Shown one piece after another: positions 54,776 through 63,904 of a DNA stretch of 64,000 nt; the stretch's first letter is position 1, and every line of letters begins with the position of its first letter. The translations under genes and the position numbers were made by a program. Source of the DNA: Gammaproteobacteria bacterium (GTDB lineage: Bacteria > Pseudomonadota > Gammaproteobacteria > Steroidobacterales > SZUA-146); the NCBI GenBank assembly GCA_045107075.1, contig JBGCFV010000018.1, positions 15,139-79,138 of the forward strand. Reading direction: 5' to 3'. The notes under the pieces are model-generated. The model saw only the letters and a list, made by a program, of their open reading frames with translations, did not search any database and was not told the DNA's origin.

Positions 54776-55291
54776 GTGAAAAAACCTGCGAGCCTGCTGA
54801 AACAAATAGGCGTTTTGGCCCTGCTGGTGCTTGTGTATCTCGGCAACGAGTATCTGGGCAACGGCACCAATGACCGTCCTTCCGGAACTACGCAGAATCA
54901 GACGGAACAGTCGTCACGAGGCTCGTCGCAAAGCAGTGGCGCTACGCGGTCGAGCAACGACGACACAAATCTGATTATTGAGAGTTTTGAGGCGCAACGC
55001 TCAGACGTCTGGGTGCAGGCCAGTGGCACTGTAGACCGCGTGCTACCCGACGACAACGAAGGCTCTCGGCATCAGCGCTTTTTGGTGGCGCTTCGTACCG
55101 GTCATACGATATTGATTGCACACAATATTGATCTGGCTCCAAAGGTGCCTCTGGAGCGGGGAGATACGGTAGAGTTTCGCGGCGAGTACGAGTGGAACGA
55201 CCGCGGAGGCGTCGTGCACTGGACCCACCACGACCCGAGAGGGCGTAAGAAAGGCGGCTGGATTAGCCATCGCAAGCAAACATACGAGTAG
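54776..55291 (+). CDS. DUF3465-like exported protein
   Basis: Signal anchor, low-complexity Ser/Gln linker, then RHQRFLVALRTGHTILIAHNIDLAP..GDTVEFRGEYEWNDRGGVVHWTHHDP. GTG start. Confidence 0.7.
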   Translation: MKKPASLLKQIGVLALLVLVYLGNEYLGNGTNDRPSGTTQNQTEQSSRGSSQSSGATRSSNDDTNLIIESFEAQRSDVWVQASGTVDRVLPDDNEGSRHQRFLVALRTGHTILIAHNIDLAPKVPLERGDTVEFRGEYEWNDRGGVVHWTHHDPRGRKKGGWISHRKQTYE

Positions 55292-55385
55292 ATCTCATGT
55301 CTTGGTTTCCAGACTCAGGTCTTTGTGCCGACGTACGTTGACGATTGAACGCCGTGCAAACCGGCCGATTTAGGCTATCCAAAAC

Positions 55386-55421
55386 CAAAAAAGCCCCGCT
55401 GAACGAATCAGCGGGGCTTTT
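55386..55421. terminator. Bidirectional rho-independent terminator
   Basis: An A-tract, the stem GCCCCGCTG / CAGCGGGGC (55392-55400 / 55408-55416), then a T-tract. It lies between the convergent DUF3465 and dodecin genes. Confidence 0.85.
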
Positions 55422-55439
55422 TAGATTAGAGCGTCTTGC

Positions 55440-55643
55440 TTAGTCTTTTAGTACAAACGTGATTTTCATATTCACGCGGTACTCGGAGACTTCGCCATTG
55501 TCTACAACGACTTTTTGGCTTTCAACCCAGGCGCTGGTGATGTTGTCGAGAGTCTTTGAGGCGCGTTTTACGCCCTGGCGGACGGCGTCTTCAAAGCTCT
55601 TGGTGCTCGATGCGGTAATTTCAGTGACGCGTGCAACTGTCAT
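55440..55643 (-). CDS. Dodecin-family flavin-binding protein
   Basis: 67 aa: ARVTEITASSTKSFEDAVRQGVKRASKTLDNITSAWV..YRVNMKITF, typical of dodecins. Confidence 0.8.
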   Translation of the reverse strand: MTVARVTEITASSTKSFEDAVRQGVKRASKTLDNITSAWVESQKVVVDNGEVSEYRVNMKITFVLKD

Positions 55644-55785
55644 GGTGTAACTCCTTAAGTCTTGCTTAGGGACCGCTCCTGTTCAGCAGGGGGGTCTAAA
55701 GATGAGCTAAGGATACTAGGAGGGAGCGGGCGACAGGTCAACCGAGTTCAAGTCTAAGTATGTGATGTTTGAGTGAATTTTTGTG

Positions 55786-55814
55786 TTGATAACGTTAATG
55801 ATAATCGTTATCAT
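55786..55814 (+). promoter_or_regulatory. Fur box overlapping a TTGATA-17-TATCAT promoter
   Basis: GTTAATGATAATCGTTATC at 55794-55812 matches GATAATGATAATCATTATC at 17/19 positions. A second overlapping 14/19 match starts at 55788. The site lies about 40 nt upstream of the TonB-receptor ATG. Confidence 0.8.
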
Positions 55815-55849
55815 TTGCATTCTAGTTATCTCCACGAAAGGCGCTCCAC

Positions 55850-58120
55850 ATGTCCCGTCCCTTTTCCCCCGTATTGGCCAGCGTGCTATTAGCCGCATCC
55901 ATTACGGTCAATGCTCAGACGACTGCGGCGCCCGAAGTTACTCCTGCAAAGATTGATCTGTCGATCGAAGAAATTACCATTATTGGCGATCGCGAAGACG
56001 CAGCTAATGCGACAGGATCAGCTCAGGTACTCGATAGTGAAGAGCTGGAAAAATTTGAATTTGCCAATGTGCAGCAAATTTTACGTGCGGTTCCCGGTGT
56101 GGCTCTGCAGCTCGAAGACGGCTACGGCCTTCGTCCAAACATTAGCATTCGAGGCACCGCCACCGAACGCAGCGGTCGCATTACGCTGCTGGAAGACAAC
56201 GTACTGATTGCTCCGGCTCCGTACTCGGCGCCGTCGGCCTACTACTTTCCAACGGCAGGACGCATGGAGCAAATGGAAGTTTTGAAGGGGTCTGCTGCGA
56301 TCAAGCAGGGACCCTATACCGTAGGTGGCGCGATTAATATGTTGTCGACCCAAATTCCAACGGAGCGCACCGGAATGGTTAACGCGGAGTTTGGTTCAAA
56401 CGCTACGACACGTTTGCATGCGTATTACGGCGACAGTCAGGACAACTACGGCTGGCTGATTGAAACTCACTTGTGGGACAGCGAAGGATTTCAGTCTATC
56501 GACTCCGTGGGTGGTGACACGGGTCTTGATAAAGACGACTTCACGGCAAAGTTTCGATTTAACAGTGACGCTAACAGTCCTGTGTATCAACAGCTCGACA
56601 TCAAGCTTCAGTACGCCAAAGAAAACTCGGACCAAAGCTACCTTGGTCTGACCGACGCCGACTTCAGAAATAACTCAGTCAGACGTTACGCCGCTTCGCA
56701 GCTCGACAACATCGAAACCGAACACGAGCAAATTATTGTGCGTTACCTTGCGTCGTTTAACGATGCATTGGAATTCACCGCGACCGTTTACAACAACACG
56801 CACGAGCGCGACTGGTTTAAAACCGAGCGACTGGATCAAGACGGCAGTACGTCAGCGGCTGACTTTGACGGTGCTAGTTGGAACTCAATTATTCAGAATG
56901 TAAACCTTGGTGGGGCAGGAGCGACAGAGCTACAGGCTATCCTTGATGGTGCGGACACCGCGCCGGGTGCGCTGCAGGTACGCAGCAACGCCCGTGAGTA
57001 CTTCTCTCGCGGCATTCAGTTAGGTCTTTCGTTCGATAAAGCGTTTGGCAACGTCACGCACGAATTTGAATTTGGTCTTCGTTATCACGAGGACGAAGAA
57101 GACCGTCTGCAGCGCAACAGTACTTACAGCCAGGTAAATAGCGAGCTGGTTTTAGATGACATCGGTTTGCTCGGTAACGCAGGGAACCGCATTCAAAGTG
57201 CCGAAGCGCTGTCGTTTCACGCCTACGACCGCATTGAGTTTGGTAATTGGACTCTGACCCCCGGCTTTCGCATTGAAGACATTGACCAGTCCCGCGTGCG
57301 GTATGAGATTCGCGATGGTCGTACGACAGACCCGTCAAGCCGCTCAGATGACAATTTGCGCAGCATGCGCGATAACAGCACAACTGTATTTCTCCCAGGC
57401 ATGGGTGTGCTTTACAGCGTCAACGAAAAACTTTCACTTTACGGAGGTATGCACAAAGGTTTCACGGCGCCAAGTAATTCACCGAACGTGAACGAAGAAG
57501 AAAGTCTTAACTACGAGCTTGGCATGCGCTTTGTTGCCGAAGGCATCAACATAGATGCCGCTTTATTCTTTACCGACTACGACAACTTGCTGGGTGAGTG
57601 CACGTCGTCTTCAGGTGCCGACTGTGAAATTGGTTCAGCCTTTAACGGTGACGCAGCAAGCATTAAAGGTTTGGAGTTACAGGCCTCTGCACAGCTTGTT
57701 CGCAACGCCAGCTTCTCAATGCCGCTTACGTTGAGCTTCACTCATCTGGACGGTCAGTTTGATTCTGACATTGCGGATACCGCTTTCTTCGGCGACGTAA
57801 GCCGCGGCGATTCCCTACCGTATATTCCTGACAACCAACTGTTGCTTGAACTTGGGTTTGAGCGCAACGCCTGGTCAGCTTATCTTCGGGCTAATCACGT
57901 CGACGACGTGTGTGTACGAGCTGCCTGCGGAGAGTTTGAACGCACCGATGCGTTTACCGTGTTGGATTTGTCAACACATTACCAAGTGAACCCGCGCTTG
58001 AATTTGTACGGGCGATGGGAAAACATCACTGACGAATCCGCCATCGTGGGTCGTCAGCCGTATGGCGCTCGTCCTTTGATTGACACGACGTACTCGCTGG
58101 GCTTCAGGTTTAGTTTGTAG
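55850..58120 (+). CDS. TonB-dependent outer-membrane receptor (iron-regulated)
   Basis: Signal peptide, plug domain (EEITIIGDRE..VLDSEELEKF..LRAVPGV), beta-barrel, and a C-terminal aromatic ending ..LGFRFSL. Confidence 0.92.
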   Translation: MSRPFSPVLASVLLAASITVNAQTTAAPEVTPAKIDLSIEEITIIGDREDAANATGSAQVLDSEELEKFEFANVQQILRAVPGVALQLEDGYGLRPNISIRGTATERSGRITLLEDNVLIAPAPYSAPSAYYFPTAGRMEQMEVLKGSAAIKQGPYTVGGAINMLSTQIPTERTGMVNAEFGSNATTRLHAYYGDSQDNYGWLIETHLWDSEGFQSIDSVGGDTGLDKDDFTAKFRFNSDANSPVYQQLDIKLQYAKENSDQSYLGLTDADFRNNSVRRYAASQLDNIETEHEQIIVRYLASFNDALEFTATVYNNTHERDWFKTERLDQDGSTSAADFDGASWNSIIQNVNLGGAGATELQAILDGADTAPGALQVRSNAREYFSRGIQLGLSFDKAFGNVTHEFEFGLRYHEDEEDRLQRNSTYSQVNSELVLDDIGLLGNAGNRIQSAEALSFHAYDRIEFGNWTLTPGFRIEDIDQSRVRYEIRDGRTTDPSSRSDDNLRSMRDNSTTVFLPGMGVLYSVNEKLSLYGGMHKGFTAPSNSPNVNEEESLNYELGMRFVAEGINIDAALFFTDYDNLLGECTSSSGADCEIGSAFNGDAASIKGLELQASAQLVRNASFSMPLTLSFTHLDGQFDSDIADTAFFGDVSRGDSLPYIPDNQLLLELGFERNAWSAYLRANHVDDVCVRAACGEFERTDAFTVLDLSTHYQVNPRLNLYGRWENITDESAIVGRQPYGARPLIDTTYSLGFRFSL

Positions 58121-58154
58121 GTAAGGGCGAAACGTCTGTTAGCGCGAACAAAGC

Positions 58155-58275
58155 CCGTCATTGCGAGCGCGGAGCGCGTGGCAATCTCGTGACGAAGCCA
58201 CAGCCTGTCTTTTTATGGAGTTCGAAGTAACCCGACAGAGATTGCCGCACCCGCTACGCGGGCTCGCAATGAATG
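58155..58275. repeat. REP-like family B, inverted pair
   Basis: Left unit CCGTCATTGCGAGCGCGGAGCGCGTGGCAATCTCGTGACG. Right unit CGACAGAGATTGCCGCACCCGCTACGCGGGCTCGCAATGAATG. The pair lies between the convergent TBDR and rpoH genes. Confidence 0.8.
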
Positions 58276-58367
58276 GGGGCGGCCTTCGAAAGACGAGGAT
58301 CTATCTTGCAATGACCCGGGTCTGACTCGGAATGAGGAATGAAAGTCGTGAGGTTGAATCTAAGCGC

Positions 58368-59234
58368 TTAGCTCATGCTCGCTTTGAGCAATTTGAGACC
58401 GCGGCTTTCGATTTGGCGAATGCGTTCAGCCGACACGCCGTATTCCTGAGCCAATTCCGTTAACGTCTCTTTGTCTTCGGTGAGCCAACGGCGTTTGAGA
58501 ATATCCCGCGTGCGATCGTCGAGTTCACTCAAGGCATTTCCGAGCTGAGCCGTTTGAAAAGACTGTTCGTCTTCGTCTTCGAGCGCTACCTGAGGATCTG
58601 AGTTAGCGGCCGGTAGATACGTTTCCGGGCCGTAACCGTCGCTTTCGCCGGCGGCCGGAACCGCGTTGAACGACATGTCGGCGTTCGACATGCGTTTTTC
58701 CATTTCGGTTACGTCCGACACCTTGACGCCAAGATCGTTGGCAATGGCCTGAGTGTCTTCAGTTGATAACCAGGACAAATTTTTCTTCTTCTTGCGAAGA
58801 TTGAAGAACAGCTTGCGCTGGGCTTTGGTCGTAGCGACCTTGACCATGCGCCAGTTGCGCAGGACAAACTCGTGGATTTCGGAGCGAATCCAGTGAACTG
58901 CGAAAGAAACCAGACGCACACCCACGGAAGGGTCGAAGCGTTTAACGGCTTTCATCAGACCGACGTTCCCTTCCTGAACAATGTCTGCAAGAGCGAGGCC
59001 GTAGCCTGAATAGCCGCGGGCAATGTGCACAACAAAACGCAAATGGCTGTAAACCAGCTCCCGTGCGGCGCCCAGGTCTTCGTTGTCCCGGTACCGGTTG
59101 GCAAGCTCTACTTCAGCGTCGCGCTCCAGAATAGGAATCTGGGTGACGTTCTGCAGGTAGGCGTCCAAACTGCCTATTGGTCCCGCAAGTATCTGATTGT
59201 TTTGCTTTAAAGCTAATGCGCTTGTCATTATCAT
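58368..59234 (-). CDS. rpoH: RNA polymerase sigma-32 (heat-shock sigma factor)
   Basis: LRFVVHIARGYSGYGLALADIVQEGNVGLMKAVKRFDP and the RpoH box QRKLFFNLRKKK. Confidence 0.95.
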   Translation of the reverse strand: MIMTSALALKQNNQILAGPIGSLDAYLQNVTQIPILERDAEVELANRYRDNEDLGAARELVYSHLRFVVHIARGYSGYGLALADIVQEGNVGLMKAVKRFDPSVGVRLVSFAVHWIRSEIHEFVLRNWRMVKVATTKAQRKLFFNLRKKKKNLSWLSTEDTQAIANDLGVKVSDVTEMEKRMSNADMSFNAVPAAGESDGYGPETYLPAANSDPQVALEDEDEQSFQTAQLGNALSELDDRTRDILKRRWLTEDKETLTELAQEYGVSAERIRQIESRGLKLLKASMS

Positions 59235-59442
59235 CTCCGTTAGTGCCCGTATTTTAGCACTCCCTAGTATAGAGTGCTAAATCCGCCGGTGGTTCCCGAG
59301 GCAGGCTTATTATAAAACCATAAAAAACAATGCTTTAGTGATTTCATCCGCCGCGGTCGCCAGATTTACTACTTATTAGCGACCGTTACAGGCGTACATG
59401 TAGACGTGGGGACCCACGCTCTTATTTCAAGGCCTGCAGGGT

Positions 59443-60540
59443 TTAACCAGGCTCAATCTTCCGAATTTGACGTGATGACGCAATGAATGCGCCCAAAACA
59501 CCTAGTAATATCGACGCCAGCAGCAGCCAGGACCACTGCCAGTCTCCGAGACCACGCAGCGTAAAGTCGCTGCCGTACAGACCTGCTACCCGCTGCACGG
59601 GGCCGGCCATGAGTTCTACCGCCAGGGTTACAAGGCCAACAGCAAGAGCGCCTCCCATGAGGCCGTACCAGAAGCCGGTATAAACAAACGGCCGCCGTAT
59701 AAACGCATCGGTGCCGCCAACCAGCTTGGTTATTTCAATTTCGTCGTGGCGTTGTTGAACCTCAACGCGAATGGTGTTGCCCACAATCACCAGAACCGCC
59801 AGTGCGAGCAGGAAAGCGGCCACCATTACGGCCCGCCGCACTACTTCCAGTATGCCCTGGAAGCGCGCGACCCACTCGGTGTCGAGCTGCACAAGGTCCA
59901 CGTTGGGCAGTGCACCAAGCGTCGCGGCCAGTGCGCTCATTTTTTCGGGATCGTCGTCGATGCCGTTTGGTCGAACGATCAAAGAAGCGGGCAGTGGATT
60001 TTCGTCGAACGATTCAATGGCCCGACCAAATCCTGAAAGAGCTTTAAAGTCTTCAATGGCCTGCGCAGCAGTAATTACGATGACACCGTCTACCTCGTCG
60101 AGCCGCTCGACGCTTTGGCGTAGTGCATCCAGCGCTTCGCTGCTGGTGCCGGGTGTCGCGTAAACAGACAGGTCAATGGCGCTTGCCCATTCTCCGCTAA
60201 TTAGTCGGGCATTTTGAACCAGCAAATGAAGGCCAGCGGGCAGAGCAAGAGCGATACCAATAACGAGTAACGTCATGACCGTTGCAAAGGGCTGCTTTAA
60301 CAATCTTCTGAGTGCGTTGCCAAACGCTTCGCGATGACTGCCGGCCAGTACGCCAATGGAACCACTGAGCGAACCGCCAGCCGATCCGCGGCCGGGTCGG
60401 CGTGAGCGTTTCTTGGCAGAGCCCGACGCTGTTGCAGAGTTACGAGTCGCGGCCGATGCCCGTCGTTTGGACGTACTAAACACTGTACGAGTCTCCGGGC
60501 GTGCCGGGATTGTACAATCGCTTGTCTCTACCGGGTTCAA
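59443..60540 (-). CDS. ftsX: Cell-division ABC transporter permease FtsX
   Basis: Basic N-terminal tail, 4 TM helices, periplasmic domain, and position after ftsE. The maximal ORF starts at TTG 60540. An in-frame GTG at 60483 (GGAG 9 nt upstream) would reduce the ftsE overlap from 65 nt to 8 nt. Confidence 0.88.
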   Translation of the reverse strand: MNPVETSDCTIPARPETRTVFSTSKRRASAATRNSATASGSAKKRSRRPGRGSAGGSLSGSIGVLAGSHREAFGNALRRLLKQPFATVMTLLVIGIALALPAGLHLLVQNARLISGEWASAIDLSVYATPGTSSEALDALRQSVERLDEVDGVIVITAAQAIEDFKALSGFGRAIESFDENPLPASLIVRPNGIDDDPEKMSALAATLGALPNVDLVQLDTEWVARFQGILEVVRRAVMVAAFLLALAVLVIVGNTIRVEVQQRHDEIEITKLVGGTDAFIRRPFVYTGFWYGLMGGALAVGLVTLAVELMAGPVQRVAGLYGSDFTLRGLGDWQWSWLLLASILLGVLGAFIASSRQIRKIEPG

Positions 60541-61186
60541 CCAGCTGCCCCTTGTCCAGTGTAATGAGGCGTGGATTAAACGCGTCTATCAGGTGGTGAT
60601 CGTGACTCGCCACCAACACGGTTACGCCCACGTCGCTGAAGCGCTGAAAGATGGACATGATTTCCATGGACAAAGCGGGATCCAGATTACCCGTTGGTTC
60701 GTCTGCGATAAGCAGCGCCGGCTTGCGCACAACTGCGCGGGCAATGCCCACGCGCTGTTGTTCTCCGGTTGACAGGGTCTCCGGAAGTGCGTGTTCTTTG
60801 TGTAACAGGCTGACCTGATCGAGCGCTGCTCGCACGCGCTTCTCGACCTGGTTTTTGGCCACTCCGGCGACCACCAGTGGCAGAGCGACGTTGGCAAAAA
60901 CGCTGCGGTCTTGCAGCAGTTTGTGGTCTTGAAACACTACGCCAATCTGACGCCGAAAAACCGGGATTTTCCAGCGCGACGTGTTCGCCGTGTTGCGACC
61001 GTTAATGAACACCTGTCCACGTGTAGGTCGCTCGATAAGCGCAATCAGTTTTAACAGGGTGCTCTTTCCGGCTCCAGAGTGGCCGGTCAAAAAGGCCATT
61101 TCCCCGGCTTCCAGAGAAAAGCTCACGCCTGACAGCGCTTCCTGCCCTCCGGGATAACGTTTAGTGACGTTCTCGAAGCGAATCAC
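60476..61186 (-). CDS. ftsE: Cell-division ABC transporter ATPase FtsE
   Basis: Walker A GHSGAGKST, signature LSTGEQQR, Walker B LIADEPTGNLD. GTGA overlap with the ftsY stop. Confidence 0.95.
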   Translation of the reverse strand: MIRFENVTKRYPGGQEALSGVSFSLEAGEMAFLTGHSGAGKSTLLKLIALIERPTRGQVFINGRNTANTSRWKIPVFRRQIGVVFQDHKLLQDRSVFANVALPLVVAGVAKNQVEKRVRAALDQVSLLHKEHALPETLSTGEQQRVGIARAVVRKPALLIADEPTGNLDPALSMEIMSIFQRFSDVGVTVLVASHDHHLIDAFNPRLITLDKGQLVEPGRDKRLYNPGTPGDSYSV

Positions 61187-62163
61187 GCGGTCTTTTCCGG
61201 TCCTTTCAGCAGTGCGTCAACATATTGTTCTGCGTCGAACGGTCCGAGGTCTTCGGCCTTTTCACCAATGCCGACGTAGCGAATTGGAATGCCCAGTTTC
61301 GCAGCTACGTTAATCAAAATGCCGCCTTTGGCCGTGCCGTCGAGTTTCGTAATGGTAATGCCGGTTAAGCCGACGGCGTCGTTAAACTGAGTGGCTTGCG
61401 CCAGGGCGTTCTGACCGTTGCTCGAGTCAATGACGAGCATGACTTCGTGCGGCGCGTCTGGATCAATTCGCCCGAGCACTCGTTTAATTTTCTTAAGCTC
61501 GTCCATCAGACCGTCCTGCGTGTGCAGACGTCCTGCGGTGTCGGCAATGAGAACTTCAACGTCGCGTGACTGTGCGGCTTGAAACGCGTCGAAGACAACG
61601 GCGGCCGGATCGGCTCCCGTGCTCTGTGCCACCACGGGTACGTTGTTTCTCTCGCCCCAGGTTTGTAGCTGTTCTACCGCTGCCGCCCGAAACGTATCGC
61701 CTGCCGCGAGCATGACCGACACCCCGTTTTCCCGAAAACGTCGGGCCAGCTTGCCAATTGTGGTGGTTTTGCCGGCGCCGTTGACACCGACCATCAGCAG
61801 TACGAACGGCCCTTCGGCACCGCGTATGCGAAGGGGTTTGTTGCTGGGTTCCAAAATTTCGAGAATGGCTTTTCGCAGCGCGGCGTAGAGTGCCTTGCCG
61901 TTGCTCAATTCGTCGCGTGAAATCTGCGCCTGAATGTCGCTCATGATTTTTTCGGTGGCTTCAATGCCGACGTCGGCCATTAGTAAACGGGTTTCCAGCT
62001 CCTCGATCAGTTCGTCGTCGATGGCGCCACCACCGAACAGGTCGCCCAAGTCGGCGGTTAGCCACGACTCTCCACGATTAAGACGAGCTCGCATGCGCGA
62101 GAAAAAGCCACCTTTCTTTGCAGGCTGAGTGGAATTGTTATCTGGTTCTGAAGCGTCGGACAT
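61183..62163 (-). CDS. ftsY: Signal-recognition-particle receptor FtsY
   Basis: NG domain GVNGAGKTTTIGKL, DTAGR, TKLDGTAKGG. I prefer the ATG at 62163 (MSDASEPD); a GTG at 62199 is also open. Confidence 0.93.
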   Translation of the reverse strand: MSDASEPDNNSTQPAKKGGFFSRMRARLNRGESWLTADLGDLFGGGAIDDELIEELETRLLMADVGIEATEKIMSDIQAQISRDELSNGKALYAALRKAILEILEPSNKPLRIRGAEGPFVLLMVGVNGAGKTTTIGKLARRFRENGVSVMLAAGDTFRAAAVEQLQTWGERNNVPVVAQSTGADPAAVVFDAFQAAQSRDVEVLIADTAGRLHTQDGLMDELKKIKRVLGRIDPDAPHEVMLVIDSSNGQNALAQATQFNDAVGLTGITITKLDGTAKGGILINVAAKLGIPIRYVGIGEKAEDLGPFDAEQYVDALLKGPEKTA

Positions 62164-62453
62164 AATGAGGGTTGTTGGCCTTTGCCGGGAGATGGGCACA
62201 TTTCACGGCATGTGTTAATTGAATTCGGCCGCCGGTCAAAATCGGTTGGAGTCTGACGGTCGACGGAGCGTAAAGATTGCGCGCGGCTATCACCGAGCGG
62301 TTATGCTAGCGATTATGAGACGTGTTTACCATGTTCAGTTCCGCTGTAGCGGCTTTTTTTCAGTTCAGTTTGAATTGAGGGGTCGTGGATCCGGCGAGGA
62401 CGTTGCTTTGACAAGCGGTCATGATCCAATAGCCAATTCTGCGGGAGGTCGCT

Positions 62454-63032
62454 TTGGTTTCACGTAAATCGTCGGGCGCCAACGAGTTCCGGGTCATCGC
62501 GGGTCAGTATCGGCGGCGTAAACTTACCTTTGCGCCAGAGTCGCAGGCACGTCCGACACCCAACAGGGTGCGTGAAACGTTGTTTAACTGGCTTGAGCCG
62601 CATATTAAAGGTCTGCGGGTAGCTGACTTGTTCGCCGGATCGGGAGCGCTGGGTATCGAAGCGCTGTCTCGCGGAGCGGCAAGCGCTGTATTTGTAGAGC
62701 GCGACGCCCGGTTGGCAAGGAGTTTGCGCGATAACCTCGAAGTGTTGGGCAGCCAAAATGGTCAGGTCCATTGCACGACGACTGAAAAGTGGCTGGAGGG
62801 TAAGCGCGAAGCGGTCGATTTGGTTTTTCTGGACCCGCCGTTCGCTACTCGCAGCCACGGCAAATTGTGTAAACTGCTGGAGCGGCATCGCAGCATTGTT
62901 CCGGGTGGCTGGTGTTACCTCGAAATGGCGGCCGATCAGGAGCCTGACCAACTGCCTCAGAACTGGAGCGTTGTTCGGGACAAACGCGCGGGTAACGTGC
63001 GCTACCAGCTGGTCAGGGTGGACCACGAATGA
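62454..63032 (+). CDS. rsmD: 16S rRNA (guanine966-N2)-methyltransferase
   Basis: RPTPNRVRETLFNWL, DLFAGSGALGIEALSRGA, FLDPPF. TTG start with GGAGG 5 nt upstream. Conserved position divergent from ftsY. Confidence 0.9.
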   Translation: MVSRKSSGANEFRVIAGQYRRRKLTFAPESQARPTPNRVRETLFNWLEPHIKGLRVADLFAGSGALGIEALSRGAASAVFVERDARLARSLRDNLEVLGSQNGQVHCTTTEKWLEGKREAVDLVFLDPPFATRSHGKLCKLLERHRSIVPGGWCYLEMAADQEPDQLPQNWSVVRDKRAGNVRYQLVRVDHE

Positions 63033-63087
63033 GTATCCCGACTTGTCGGGACCACAATCTCAGTACTTAACGTGAGTGACAATTAAA

Positions 63088-63573
63088 ATGCGAGCCATGT
63101 ACCCGGGTACTTTTGACCCCATTACCAACGGACACCAGGACCTGGTGCGCCGGGCCAGCGGTATTTTCGACGAAGTGGTTGTGGGGATTGCCTCCAATCC
63201 AAAAAAACGACCCTTGTTTACGCTAGAAGAACGCGTCGAGTTGGCAAGACTTGTGTTGGCCGATATACCCAACTGTTCCGTTATTGGTTACTCGGGTCTC
63301 ACGGTGCAGTACGCGGTCGACAACAATCTGGGGGTGATGGTGCGAGGGCTTCGCGCGGTGTCTGACTTCGAGGCTGAATTTCAAATGGCCACCATGACGC
63401 GAAAAATTGAGCCTAAAGTTGAAACCGTATTTCTGACTCCGGACGAGCAGTTCACCTACATCTCGTCCAGCATGGTCAAAGAGGTCGCCGCTTTTGGTGG
63501 CGACGTAGCCCAGTTCGTGCACCCGCGTGTCGACGAGGAGCTGCAGATTCGGTTCCGGTCGAAGACTGATTAA
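63088..63573 (+). CDS. coaD: Phosphopantetheine adenylyltransferase
   Basis: YPGTFDPITNGHQDLVRRA, and ISSSMVKEV near the C-terminus. ATG at 63088 chosen by analogy with other CoaD N-termini. Confidence 0.93.
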   Translation: MRAMYPGTFDPITNGHQDLVRRASGIFDEVVVGIASNPKKRPLFTLEERVELARLVLADIPNCSVIGYSGLTVQYAVDNNLGVMVRGLRAVSDFEAEFQMATMTRKIEPKVETVFLTPDEQFTYISSSMVKEVAAFGGDVAQFVHPRVDEELQIRFRSKTD

Positions 63574-63631
63574 AGCTGGTCGAAAGCCGGTGGCGAAAAC
63601 CACAGAGCACCAAGAAAGCGGGTCAACGTAA

Positions 63632-63904
<273 letters not shown>

